From Lama glama (lineage: Eukaryota): a stretch of 64,000 bases of DNA. The notes beneath the pieces were generated by a model. That model was given only the letters and a program-made list of their open reading frames with translations, made no database searches and was not told the origin of the DNA. Positions within the stretch are counted from its first letter, which is position 1; each line of letters starts with the position of its first letter. The position numbers and the translations under genes were made by a program. Below are positions 1-12,999 of this stretch, one piece after another. The stretch covers positions 71,426,001-71,490,000 of the forward strand of contig CM052817.1 of NCBI GenBank assembly GCA_028534125.1, written 5' to 3'.

Positions 1-124
1 GTGAAAAAGATTCCAGGCATCACCCCTGCTTTTGAAACCATGCTTGAAACAGTCTAATTGTATAAAATGGCAACAAAGAAAACTGTATTACAAAGGCAAA
101 ACAGCAAGGTGAATATTAGCACCC

Positions 125-325
125 CTTGGAGCCAGCCTGCTGAATTTGCCCCTCAGTTCCCCCACTTACTAGCTGTGTAAACTTGGCAAATTATTTACTT
201 CTCTGCGTTTCAGTTTCCTCATCTATAAAATGTGGGTAAGAACAGCAACAACTTCACATGAGGCTGTCAGGAATGTATGAGCAAAACCATGTAAACAGCA
301 CACAGTATCATATAAGGGGGAGCTA
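125..325 (+). mobile_element. MIR SINE
   Basis: Core ccacttactagctgtgtaaacttggcaaattatttacttctctgcgtttcagtttcctcatctataaaatg. Confidence 0.85.
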
Positions 326-599
326 CTGTTACTACTGTTGAAGGAGAACCAGTCAGCCTGATAAAGGGGAAGATTCCTGTAGGCCCATGAATTCAAATGA
401 GGAGTGAGGCAGGTGAGTAAATACCTCCAGAAAGCAGAAGGATCTGTGCCTTCCGGAATGGGCACGGCCTTGTTGTCAGCCTGGGGCTCCTTTCTCCTTC
501 TTCTGGAAGAGCGACTTGCTCTTCCTTTGGGCAACAGCCTTTCCCAGTTCTCACCGTATGGGAGGCTGAGCCCATTTCTTGGCCATGTGATCCAGGCCT

Positions 600-1092
600 G
601 GCCAAGCAGCATTTCTATCCCCATTTACAAGGGCCAGTCCAGAGATGGGCCCTTGATCTCCATCAGAATAATAATACAGAATAATAATACTGGGCTTTCT
701 GCTGGGACTCTGAGAAAGAGTTACTCTTATTTCTTTTTGCTAGAGATGCTAAGCTCATAAGACATAATGATGGTGCAACTGAGTGTCATTGTGCCACTCC
801 TTGGGGATAGCCTGCCAGAATGGAATCCCACAGAGAAATGCAGCACTTAGGGAGTAAAAGTGAGAGAGGGAGAGGGAGGAAGAGGAAAGGAGAGAGAGAG
901 AGGAGGAGGGAGAGAAAGCGGAGGTGGGGGTGGTATGGTGGCGGTGGGGTGTGGATCACTGACATCATTTTAGCAACTAGCTCCAGCTATATTGATCTGA
1001 CCTTGCCAGCTATGGACATCAGTATCTTTTTTAACCTGGGCCATCTTGAGTTTAGTTTCTGTTATTTGTAAATGAGAATCCTGATGAATACA
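600..1092 (+). mobile_element. ERVL-MaLR (MLT1-type) LTR remnant
   Basis: Internal GA-rich tract and MLT1-like 3' end ...tttctgttatttgtaaatgagaatcctgatgaataca. Confidence 0.6.
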
Positions 1093-2139
1093 TCTTTTAT
1101 AATCAGGGGCGCATTTTTGCAAGATAATTTCCTTGAGTTAAAGGGGCTTTGCCATGTTTATGTAAATATCTTTCGCTGCTGAAACTTCCGCAGGTGTTTT
1201 GCATAAATTATGAGGAGACACTGGCAGAGCCAGGTTTATGAAATCCCCCAGCAGATAAGGAGACAGGTGTGAAGAGAAATGGTGCCAATCAGTTTACTGT
1301 GGAGCAGCCGTGAGATCCCAGCGTAATCTGGATTCCACGGGCTGCGTGAGAGGGAGTGCAGCGGGATGGGGGTGGGGGAGGGTAGGATTCTTGGGCAAAT
1401 CTCTGCTCTGTAGATTTTACCCTGGCCCTGCCAATTGGATGGGGAGATAAGAGATCTTCTGTTTTACTTTCCTTCACTTTTTCTCAGTCTGCCTCTCTCA
1501 ATAGTTACTAGAGAGATACTAGACCTCCAGTCCTCATCACTTTTTGATAACATTCTGTTAACAATACTCCCTGATCTTCCTGGTGGAAGACTCATAAAAA
1601 CATGATGTAATCGTCTGATTTCAATTGGCCCAGCAGTCTGGAAAAAGGTGCCATTCAGTCATCTCCTGCACTGGCACTAAGCCTAAGATGAGCACATTTA
1701 TATTTAGTGACTTTCTCATCACAGTATTGACAAATATGGCTTCTCATTGCAAAGCTGGATGCTTGCACTTATTCTTGTTAACATCTCATGTGCTTCAAAG
1801 AGTAATTACAGATAATGAGAAGATTTAGGTTCCAAGCATTGTGCATATTGTTGAGTGACGAATGGAGGGTGCTTGAAAGGTGTCACAGAGGTTAATCACC
1901 TAGGGCTGAAACTGCCAGCTGGTGCACAGCTGAAGGAGATGTGGTGTGAGCTCTTGCATGGTCCATGCCTTCGCCACTCCACACAGGCCTCAATTATGGA
2001 ACCCCCAATCACTCAGGAAAATGAAGAGGAGTGGTGCTTAAAGAAGTGGGTTCAGCAGAGGGGGGTGGGGGAGGGGCAAGCGCCAGTAAAAGTAACCTGG
2101 GATGATCGGCAAGAGTTTTCTGGCTTGGGCCCATTCTCT

Positions 2140-2610
2140 CTTCATTTATCATTTATTTTTATGTTTAATTAAAAAAATATACAGACTCTGCTTAGTTGCA
2201 GGGCTGGCACAGAGAGCTGGGTATAAAATGAGGGTGCCCTCAGAGCATACAGTCCAACTGGGAACTAGAATGGTGATGATACCCAGTTACAGTGTGAGAT
2301 GCTGGAATCTAACTTCCTCTGCAAGGGTCTAGACAGACGTCCCTGAAGACCCGACACAGAAGCCGAGACAGGAAGGAGGAGAGGGAAGAGTTAATCAGGA
2401 GGAGGCGAGCAGGAGAAAGACCCCTCTGACCACAAAAGCAGGTGAACGAACTGTTGGCCCTGGGATGAGGAGCAGCTGGTTCCCTGGAAGAACTGAAAAC
2501 ATACCAGAAAGGTTGGAGGAGAGTGAATACGGCAGACGTAGCCGGAGCTGTGGGCTGGAGCTGGACAGGTATGACTTTCTCGGTCATGTGTTGGAGGCTG
2601 GACTTTGAAA
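2140..2610 (-). mobile_element. L2 LINE 3' fragment
   Basis: ttcatttatcattt tail, then tgccctcagagcatacagtc and purine-rich L2-like sequence. Confidence 0.55.
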
Positions 2611-3039
2611 GCTGGCAGTGTCACAACACTGACAGGTTTCATGGAAAATTGTAAATGTTCTTATGATTAGCATTTACCTAGTGCTAGATGCACAGGAGAT
2701 TCTTTTTGTTTTATGCTCTAGTTTTAATCACTGTAAGTAAAAGTGAGGCAGAGGAATTTATCAGAGACAAAAGAATTAATAAGTAGGCTGATAAGGACAG
2801 AGAGCTTAAAAGAAAGGAGTTGGGAATTTCCTTTGTTCCATTATATCATTTTAGAAGTATTTTTTTCCCCTCCTATTTGCATGTTTTGGAAAATAACAAA
2901 CAAAAGCTGTCAAACCATTTTGTGAATTAGTTGTCTTTCCAAACTTTGTTGAAATATTAAGGCTATAACTGATTGTGAGATTTAAGTCTATTCTAGAATA
3001 AGCTGATATTTATAAGGTTAGTAACTGGAAGAACAATGT

Positions 3040-3260
3040 GGTGATTCAAAGCATGAGCTCTGGGCTCAGGTGAATCAAGTTCAAGTGCAGCTTTTTCAGT
3101 CGCTAGATGGGTGACATTGACTCTATTGTTTAACTTTTATTTCCTCTTACCTGTAAAACAGAGATGATAATATTCACTATTTTAAAGAGTTGTTGTGAGG
3201 ACTATGAAATAATGCATTTAAGTATCTGGTAAATAGCATATGATCAATCAGTCATTAATT
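3040..3260 (+). mobile_element. MIR SINE
   Basis: tttcctcttacctgtaaaacagagatgataata...gttgttgtgagga. Confidence 0.75.
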
Positions 3261-4714
3261 AACAAAAATTTTAGTGGAAAATTACCTTTTCCCACTAAAA
3301 TAGATTGTGTAAAATTTCATGTTTATTGGCTATATATAACATTTTATGAATACACATGTGACAAATATTGGAAAACTAATTTCACACACAAACAAGTAGG
3401 TAATACATAGAACTTGCGGAAGGTGATCTGAAGGATTGGAAATTTGGATAAGAATAAATAAACAAGGAAGTAATTAAAATTAAACTGTATAGAATTTAAA
3501 TACAAAAAGACAGTCAAGTTTAAATGGGTACATGAACAGAAATGTGAAAAGAAAAGGCAGAGTCTTTTCAGAAGGTTCAAAAAGCAATAGAGAGAATTTC
3601 AATGGATGCTTGAAAGCAAAGGGGCAGAGAGAAGAGCAGGACAGCTGACAAGACTCTTCAAGGGCCAGGGAAGTCAGGGGAATATAGAAAGCCACCGCAT
3701 ATAACGACTGGGGAGTTGTGCATAAAAACATTGAAATTAAAAACCGTGTATATAAGAAAAATCATGCTGACCCAACAGTTTGCCACTCCAGGAATAAAGT
3801 GATAAATTCCTCAAATGAACAGAAAATAGCAGTGGAAACGCTGAGCAAGTCCTTTCTGTGATGTACTTCAGGTTCCGCACCCTTCTGTCTCCTGACCCAC
3901 CCCCAACATCCACCTGGCTCCTATTAAGCCTTGTTAGCCTGGTCCTCTGGTGCTTGGGACGATCTCCCTTTACCCCGGCACAGCCAGCAGTTTCCCAGTT
4001 GGGTTATGCTGAGTTTGGACCCTAATTCTGGGTGTGATGGCCAGGAGGGAATCATGGAGGTGGGGGGCGATGCTGAGAAAGGCAAGCGTGCCAGCGAAGC
4101 AGCTGAGAAGGCGAAATTTCTTCAAGTAAGGATGTGTGGGTTTGGGAAGGGGGCTCTACCTTGCGAAAAAATGAGGAGTGGGTCTCCACTGCAGATCCCA
4201 GGAGTTCAAGGGAAGGGAGGGAGGGTCAAGTGCATCTGTCCAGATAGCCCCATCCCAATTCTCAGGGCCCCACTTCTTCCCCGTCAAGCCCCTGACTTGG
4301 GCCTTTGCTGGGAATCCAATCTTCTCTCAACTTCTGCCATTCTTACAATTAAGTCTTCCAGCTGCAGGAGATGAGGGTCGCTGTGAAAGCTGCCAGTTTT
4401 CTTTTTCACTCTCATACTTTGCTTTAACTTGTTGATGAATAGATCTGCCAGTCATTTTCTCTTCTTATTAAATTCCCCAGTCCTTAGAGTTACTACTTCC
4501 CACATACTCTAACTGCCTACCTCATTGTGCCAGTTGATGAGCTCTTTCCACCTGTATCCCATCCCAGTGCTCCACAGGTTAATGTCTTAGTAATCACCGT
4601 GCCACTAGCAGCCCTCCACCCCCCCACCAGTGATGTGACCCTCCTTTCCAACCAGCCAGGCAGTAATGCAGAGAGTCCCATCCTCAGCTTTGCTTCCTAG
4701 GATCCAATGCAATA

Positions 4715-5000
4715 CTGGTCCTCTTAGGTTGGATTCTCTGGAAGGAGCTTGATGTGGGGTTTCTTGTTCAGGCTGTTTATTAGAAGAATGCTTTCTGGAG
4801 AAGAAGAGTAAAAGAAGCAGGGGTGTCTCTGAAGCAGAGAGGAAAACCTCAGCAAGGGTGTGATATAAGCTAGAGACCAGCATTCCCTTATGGGAGGTCA
4901 GGGGCTGAAATTGCACTGCGGAGTTGCCCCAGTGGATGCCCAGAAAGAGTAGGCAGCTCTCCATTGAGTTGTTATCAGCTGTTGAGTTGAATATCTAGGC
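4715..5000. mobile_element. Old ERVL-type LTR remnant (LTR16-like)
   Basis: cttaggttggattctctggaaggagcttga...tttattagaagaatgct resembles LTR16-family ends; recognised by recall only. Confidence 0.35.
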
Positions 5001-6729
5001 CCAGGATAGAGCCATTCCTGCCTGGAGGGCCACATCAGCAAAAGAAACTTAGCTCATGTGTCCCTGTAAACACTCCGCTTGACCAGAGGGAATCTATCTG
5101 GTCAGCCAATCCCCAAACGCCAAGCCACCTCTGATCTCTACTTACTTCCTTCTTCTTTCTCACCCTGCACAAGGTTGACTGGAGACTGGACAGCCTCAGC
5201 CAATCTGATGTTTTCTATTGTTCTCTCCGTTGTTCATTATTTTTTATCCTCTGAAAGCTTCCCAACTTCAGGCCCATTTTTGCATTTCTTTGAATGGAGA
5301 TGTCGGCTTCATGACGTGGTTGGTCTCATCTGGATGGTTTTCTCTGATCACCTTTTAATGCAGCAGCTAGGGGATGGGTGCTCCAGGTGGTAAAGAGAGT
5401 CAGGGCGCCAACATCATCATCATGATGATAGTGATGGATAATTCTATTGTAAAAGCAGTTTGTAGTTTTACCACTTAGAAAAAGTTTCCCTTTCACGGTC
5501 GTTGTGAAACAGGCTAGTTTTTGCCTCCTACTAAACACTATGTTTTCCTTAATGTTAAACTGTGTCTAAGTGGAAAAGCCTTTTAATTTGAAGGGGAAAA
5601 ACAAGTGAATTTATTTGAGTATAGTGTTAATAAAAACATGTAATAATTTTCTCTTCTCATTCTCCACAGGCCTCCTGATACCTCCCCCACATCGCTCTCC
5701 TAAGCATGTCTGCCTGCTGGTTTCTGAGGTAAGAACACCTTTTCTTTTTTCTTGGTCAGCTGTAATCCAGGCAAAGTTTTCCAAGTTGGTGAATTAATCC
5801 ACTGTCTCCTGTTTACAGCCAGCAGAAAAGGATACAGTATCACATTATATATTTACAAAAACACATGCTTCCATATGTGAACCAGAATAATTAACATCTT
5901 GTGCAGAAAAATCCGTTGTGTCTCAATCACTTCACGGAAGCACCTGAGACACTGATTTTCTGAAAGCTGCTGGGAAACTACCAGAGTGATCCACTGAGCT
6001 ATAAATGTGGATCTGTTTATAATTTACAAGCACATGAGTCTCAGGCATGTTCTGAGAGGTTCAAGCTACTCTGGCCAGTCCTCACAGCAGAAGAGGAAAA
6101 AAAGGTACTTTTCTGAAGGTAACTCTCATTTTCCTCACACTTTCTGCATACGTGAAGGAATTGAGGGGAAATTTTGCATTTAGTGAAACCATTTATACTT
6201 TTTTTTAATAAAAATATTGTAACGATTGTGGTAATCCTAGGGACAGGAAGTGCTCAATCTTTGTTCACGCCATCGATTTGAGTATTCGAAGTGAAACTTC
6301 TAAGGTCTGTGGATAGGAGTAGCGGGCTGAAGCATCTGGTTAAGAGGGAGACTTACACTGAAGTGTGTAAGTCTAAGACCACAAGTAGATATGACCTTTC
6401 AGGGAAAAAAATGCCAAAGAGGTAGATTGCTTCCCTTGCCAGGAGACAGAAGTTTTGAACAGCTCTCAGGGGAGCAATAACGGCCCAGCATGGGTCTGAT
6501 TGATTTGCAAACGGATAGTCTACTAACTTGAAGAAAGTGTTCTAGAAATATTTGGAAGTTATGGTTTCTCTGTTGAACTGCCTTGAAAATTTAACAGTCC
6601 CCACAGGTGTGGTGTGATCTGTGAAAAATGTAGTGACTCATGAGCTTTTGGAAGTAGGTGATGAAGGGTGATGGTGACATGTTGAAAGGAATCAAAATTC
6701 TCTTTTTCTCATCAGGAATGGTAGCTTGG

Positions 6730-6960
6730 TTTAATGCATAATAGCTAATATTTATTGAGGACTCAGGCTGTGCCAAGCACTATCTAAGAACTTAAATGTA
6801 TTTACTTAAGAGGGAGGTACTATTACTAACCACATTTGATAGATAAGGAAATTGAGGCAGGGGAATGTCAAGTAGCCTGTAGTTCCAAAGTTGATTAGTG
6901 ATGGAGTAAAATTTAACCCTAGATAGTCTGACTCCAGAGCACATGCTCTTTACTGTTTGC
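6730..6960 (-). mobile_element. MIR SINE
   Basis: gctaatatttattgag...tgtgccaagcactatctaag...agataaggaaattgaggca. Confidence 0.8.
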
Positions 6961-8939
6961 TACACAGACTCCAAGGATATAACCATAATCAGGAGGAGGA
7001 ATTTGTAAGCTCATATCATCCAAGTCACTCTGAAGCAAGACAGTATCCCAGCAAAACAGTTAAGTGAGGAATTGGAGTGTTTTCTGATGAATTCAGTCAG
7101 TCCTATTGGGCAACCCATCTATTTTGAAAAAGTCAGGTTGTTGATGGTGCTAAGTCCTCAGTGACTGTTTTTTAAGCCTATTTTCCTAAACTCCCCACTT
7201 CATTTTGTTGGTTGAGTTTGCACCAGCTATCAAGAACCAAAGCACAGTGATATAAGTGAAGTAGCCTGGATCTGACCTCGAGCATGCTTCCCTTTGCCAG
7301 TGTGGAGTTGTAGAAGGATTTTGGAGAGATGTGTGTAACTTTAGTTGGGAAAAAGATGGAGTCAACATGACCCTCAGAGATTGTCCAGAGATGAGGATCA
7401 CTGAAGGTCGGTGACTTGTACAAGATCATACGCAGTAGTTCAGAGAGAAGCTTCAAGGGAGCCTAGGATGTCTGCTTCCTAGAGCAGAGCTCTTTCCACA
7501 ATGGTGCCCAGTGAATTGAAGAAGCAAACTGTCAGGCAACACTTGAGAAGTACCCTTGAAAAGGAACAGCTCTAGTGACGAGGTGTTCATTGACAGGCAG
7601 AATCCAATGGTGAAATTGTGCTGTTGGATGTCTCCTGGGTCATTTGGCCGGAAAGTCCTCTGGGGAAGAATATGTTTGGCTCAGGTTTATTCTTTGGTGC
7701 TGGACAACAGATGCTGGACAATGAGGTGGCTGGGGCTGGTTGGGATGGTGATAATGAGAAGTTGGCAACCAAAATGAGAATATAGCAGATTTATTGCTTG
7801 AAAATCTAACCCAAACCACAGTGTAAAACAGGGACAATCAATTGCCAAATGCCAGGGGCCTCAAGGGATTTGATATCTCGGGAAATTAGGCCAATTTCTT
7901 CTTCACTGACTGAGTCTTTGGAGTATAGCATGATACTGTAATCCTACTTTTGACAGTTGTGGAATAGTTCAGTTGTGACTGATTGAAAGTCATAGAAAAA
8001 ATACCCTGTCTCTAGAAATTAATTTAAACCATCATAGCTACAAGGACTGCATGTTCATGTCTCATATTTCCAGGCACATAAATATTTATCGACTGAATAA
8101 ATAAATGAGCGTCTGCTCCAGCCAGTACATTCCATCCCTGGCCAATTCTTACCTATTTTTATGCTGAATAAATTTTTTAAATTATGATCAAAACAATCCT
8201 TTTAAGTTACTTGACTAAACTTTAATTAAATAACTGCCAGTTAGTATCATTTGCATAATACTTTTTGGACTGCTTTGTATAATTTCTTTCAAGTCTTGAT
8301 AAGCTTTTTGTTAACAGTGAGAGAACACAATGGATGTCTTAAGGTTTACATGCATCTAATATCCTGTGAAATTAAATTTCTGCTTTTCTATTCTGCTCAC
8401 CTTGTTAAATGGGGATAAAATTCTTGTCCCAACTTAATGGGAATATCGCAGAACCAGTGAGGAAACGCCCAGAGTGCTTCGATAATCTTACTTGTGTGTG
8501 CCTGGTAATTATATTAATTAAAATGTCTTTTGTGAGCAGCACATAAGTGGGTTTTTAGTGTTTGAAATAAGTTGATTTTCAACTTGACAGTGAAGTTAAA
8601 CTCAGATTCATTTTGAAAAGTAAGTATTTTAGAGTAGAAAAAAATTGGCAATTTCCCCCACTTAAAAAAAAAAATTGTGACTCCTTGGAGAAATGGTTGT
8701 GTCCGAGTCTGGGTCAGGAAAAGTACAGGTGAGCTTGGGGCTTCATATTGTGCCCAAAGGAGAGGAAGCTATCAAAGATTTCTGATGATGCCAAAGGGAC
8801 ATAGCAGCCATTCTGAAGGGTGTCTGCTGCCTAAGATGGGATGACTTGGGCAGCCAAAAAAGAATAATGACAACAATTGGTTGAAACATACAGAAAATAC
8901 AAAAGTCCGCGAGTTCATAAAGATAACAAAAAAAGAAAC

Positions 8940-9738
8940 TTGTTTTTTTTAATCTATTTTATATGTAGTAGTTTGTATCTGTTCATTGCAAACTCCCAAT
9001 TTATTCCTCCCCACAACCTTTCTCTTTTGGTAACCATCAGCTTGTTTTCTATGTCTGCAAGTCTGTTTCTGTTTTGTAAATAAGTTCATTTGTATAATTT
9101 TTTAGATTCCACATGTAAGTGATTTCATATATTTGTCTTTATCTGGCTGACTTACTTTAGTTATATGATAATCTCTAGGTCCATCCACGTTGCTGTAAGT
9201 GGCATTATTTCATTATTTTCTATGGCTGAGTAGTATTCCATTGTGTGTATAGACCATGTCTTCTTTATCCATTCATCTGTCAATGGACATTTACATTGCT
9301 TCCATGTCTTGACTATTGTAAATAATTCTGCTGTGAAAATTGATGTTCATGTGTCTTTCTGAATTAGAGTTTTAATCTTTTCTGGATACATGTCCAGGAG
9401 GAGGAGTGCTGGATCATATGGTAACTCTATTTTTAGTGTTTTAAGGAGCCTCCATGCTGTTCTCTATAGTGGCTGCACCAATTTACATTCCCACCAGTAA
9501 TGTGGGAGGGTTTCCTTTTCTCTGCACCCTCTCCAGCATTTATTATTTGTGGACTTTTTTATGATGGTCATTGTGACTGATGTGAGGTGATACCTCATTG
9601 TAGTTTTGATTTGCATTTCTCTAATAATTAGCGACGTTGAGCATCTTTTCATGTGCCTGTTGGCCATCTGGAGGTCTTATTTGGAGAAATGTCTGTTTAG
9701 GTTTTCTGCCCATTTTTTTTTTTTTGATTGGGTGGTGG

Positions 9739-9771
<33 letters not shown>

Positions 9772-11035
9772 TAATTGAATTGTATGCGCTGTTTGTATAT
9801 TTTGGAAATTAAGCCTTTGTTGGTTGCATTGTATGCAAATGTTTTCTCCTAGTCAGTAGGTTGTCTTTTAATTTTGTTTATGGTTTCCTTTGCTGAGCAA
9901 AATCTTGTAAGTTTGATTAGGTCCCATTTGTTTATTTTTGCTTTTATTTCTATCACCTTGGGAGGCTGACCTAATGAAACATTGCTGCAGTTTATGTCAA
10001 GAATGTTTTACCTATGCTCTCTTCTGTGAGTTTTGTGTTGTCATGTCTTATATTTAAGTCTCTAAGCCATTTTGAGTTTATTTTTGTGTATTGAGTGAGG
10101 GAGTGTTCTAACTTTGATTTATGTGCAGCTGTCCGGCTTTCCCAACATGACTTGCTGAAGAGACTGCCTTTTATCCATTGTATATTTTTGCCTCCTTTGT
10201 GGAAGATTAATTGACCGTAGGTCTGTGGATTTATTTTTGGGCTTTCGATTCTGTTTCATTGATCCATATGTCTGTTTTTGTACCAATACTATGCTGTTTT
10301 GGTTATTGTAGCTTTGTAGTATTGTCCAAGGTCTGTCTGGAAGGATTATGCCTCCAGCTTTGTTTTTTATCCTCAGAATTGCTTTGGCAATTTTAGGTCT
10401 TTTGTGGTTCCATATACATTTTTAGGATTATTTTAGTTCTGTGAAAAATATCCTGGGTAATTTGATAGAGACCACATTAAATCTCTAGATTGCTTTGGGT
10501 AGTATGGCCATTTAAACAATATTAATTCTTCCAATCCAAGAGCATGGGATAGCTTTCCATTTCTTTGAATCATCTTTAATTTCCTTTATTAATGTTTTAT
10601 AGTTTTCAGTGTAAAAGTCTTTCACTCCCTTGGTCAGGTTTATTCCTAAAATTTTTTTTTATTGATACATTTTTAAAAGGGTTTTTTTCTTTTAACTTTT
10701 TCTTTCTAATATTTCATTGCTAGTGTAAAGAAATGCAACAGATTTCTGTGTATTAATCTTGCATTGTGCTACCTTGCTGAATTCGTTTATCAGCTCTAGT
10801 AGTTTTTGTGTGGAGTCTTCAGGGTTTTCTCTATATAGTATATCAGCTGCCTATAATGACAATTTTATCTCTTCCTTTCCAATTTGGATAATTTTATTTC
10901 TTTTTCTAGTCTGATTGCTGTGACTGGGACTTTCAATACTATGCTGAATGGAAATGGTGATGGTGAGCGTCCTCGCTTTGTTCCTAATTTTAACAGGAAG
11001 GCTTTCAGCCTTTCAATGTTGAATATTATATTGGC
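8940..11035 (-). mobile_element. L1 LINE, 5'-truncated (3' ORF2 plus 3' UTR), decayed
   Basis: ORF 9464..9667 [29 protein letters not shown]...CWRGCREK is the L1 ORF2 Cys-rich C-terminus. Artiodactyl-type 3' UTR. Internal (GTT)n at ~9738-9771. Confidence 0.93.
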
Positions 11036-11163
11036 TCTATACTACTGTTTTGGTAAGAATTTTTTTTATCATCAATGGAAGTTGAATTTTAAGGAGAGAT
11101 TCTTTAAGCTAAAAAATTTTGGTTAACAAATGTGTAAACAATAACAGAATTATACAATCTCAT

Positions 11164-11385
11164 TTTTAAAATCCCCTGATGAAATAAATGACTCAGGCAA
11201 CTATTATCAGAATGGATGCCAAAAGGATTAAGTGACAGGTTTATAGGGAACTGGATATTTGAAAGATGTCAAAGTTTTAAAATCCCCTGATGAAATAAAT
11301 GACTCAGGCAACTATTATCAGAATGGATGCCAAAAGGATTAAGTGACAGGTTTATAGGGAACTGGATATTTGAAAGATGTCAAAG
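11164..11385 (+). repeat. Perfect tandem duplication, 2 x 111 bp
   Basis: 11164-11274 is identical to 11275-11385 (ttttaaaatcccctgatg...gaaagatgtcaaag). Confidence 0.95.
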
Positions 11386-12999
11386 CACTAGCCTACAGCA
11401 TAAGGGGGAAAGTCAACATTATAATGAGCGGATTGCCATTTGAGCTACCTGGTCAATCTTAGCCTTCCTAAAAGTGGGACACGCAGGCAGGCACTGTGTG
11501 CTTTCTTTGAGAAGCAATATGAAATACACAGTAGCACCTAAAATGTTCTTGCCAAAAATTTTAGCTTGAATCTAATCAGGCTTTAAGATCAAACTTCTTT
11601 ATAGGCAATACCAGGAGCAGAGGAATACGTTAAATGATACCACAAGTTAACAATCAGAAAAATCTAGAATGTGGGACATTTCACAGGACTATTGACTCTG
11701 TTTCTTTGATAAATCACTAGGCATGGGAAGAAAAAAACAAGGAGGAGCTCTCTGTAAAAAGACATTTTGGAGATAGCCAGGGAAAGCTGAAAAAATGGTC
11801 AGGATATTAGATGGTAATAAGAAATTATTGGTAATTTTACTAGGTATCACAGTATTAATACTGTGGTTATGTAAGAAAATACCTTTTTTTTTTTAAAGCA
11901 ATGCTTCTTGAAATATTTAAGAATAAAATGTCATAATGCCTGAGATTTGCTTTAAAACAAAAAAGGTGAATTTGGCAGACTGTTAATAAATATTAAAAAT
12001 CTAAATGCTGAGAATATGGGAGCTCATTATACTATTCTCTCTACTTTTATGTATGTTTAAAAGTTCTCATAATAAAAAGTTTAATGGGCAGTTAGGTGCA
12101 ATAAAATTCCTTATGAATTAAGCTCTGAGGAGCAGTCCAAAATATAAGAAAAAACCCTGCAAATTGTTTAATACACACACATATGTATATGTCATTGTGG
12201 GACATTTTGATAATTAAGATTAATTTTGATAATTAAGAACTAAAATAGCTTTTCAGATGCAATAAGGATTTTTCTTGATAAACAACCTTTATGTAACAAA
12301 AAGAAAAAAAGGAGATGTAAACAGGCTCTAGCATCCTATTTGTTAGGGACACTGACTTTATTCTAGTTTCAGAGCTGGACACTGGATAAATATACTAACT
12401 AGAACTGCAATTTAGAAGAAAACAGGCTGCTATAATAAACTACAGTTACTGTAACATAACTGCAGAGTAATACAGAAGTGCAAAGTACACAAAATTCTAG
12501 ATAAGGAGAGCCCTTCTTAGTGGCATTAAACCTAAATTAAATGAGATTTATGTAATTCCCATAGTAAAAGCAAAATCCATAGTCTAAAACCTCAAAATGC
12601 ATTTACTCTAGTTCGAATAGACGCACAAGCACATGTGCTTCCTCAGCACAGGGACAGTTTTATTCACATGACCTCATGACAGACATTTTCAAATTGAAGT
12701 TTTATTTGTGAATTGAAAGGTCAAGGGACAAAACAGGTCTACATTTAATGATGCTCCTAGTGATCAGTATTTCATTCAGTACTTTTGAATGACAAGTGCA
12801 TATTTAATTAGCTTAGAATTTTATATATAAGCTCCAGAGCACTTTTGAATATAAAAATCCTCTGGGAGTCGTCTGTTTCTGGAGTCAAGTTTCTTTTACT
12901 AGAAAGCCTCATAAAAACACACATATGTGTTTGTTCTTGTCAGGCTTACCTGTCAGAACCATGGTATAGAAAAGCTATTCTGTTTGAAAGTCAGATGCT

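Larger units (their letters stand above)
8675..12085 (+). mobile_element. Ancient L1 (L1MC/MD-like) 3' region, split by a younger L1
   Basis: gactccttggagaaatgg...aaaagaataatgac (8675-8935). It resumes near 11050 and runs to gggagctcattatactattctctctacttttatgtatgttt...aataaaaag. Confidence 0.65.

Noticed and set aside
6349..6374. 10-bp stem hairpin agacttacac/gtgtaagtct
   Set aside because: Too short for a pre-miRNA and not convincing on its own.
7000..7900. Possible processed pseudogene or old LINE body
   Set aside because: No recognisable peptide in the listed frames. Only a MIR-like piece (~7380-7500) is identifiable.
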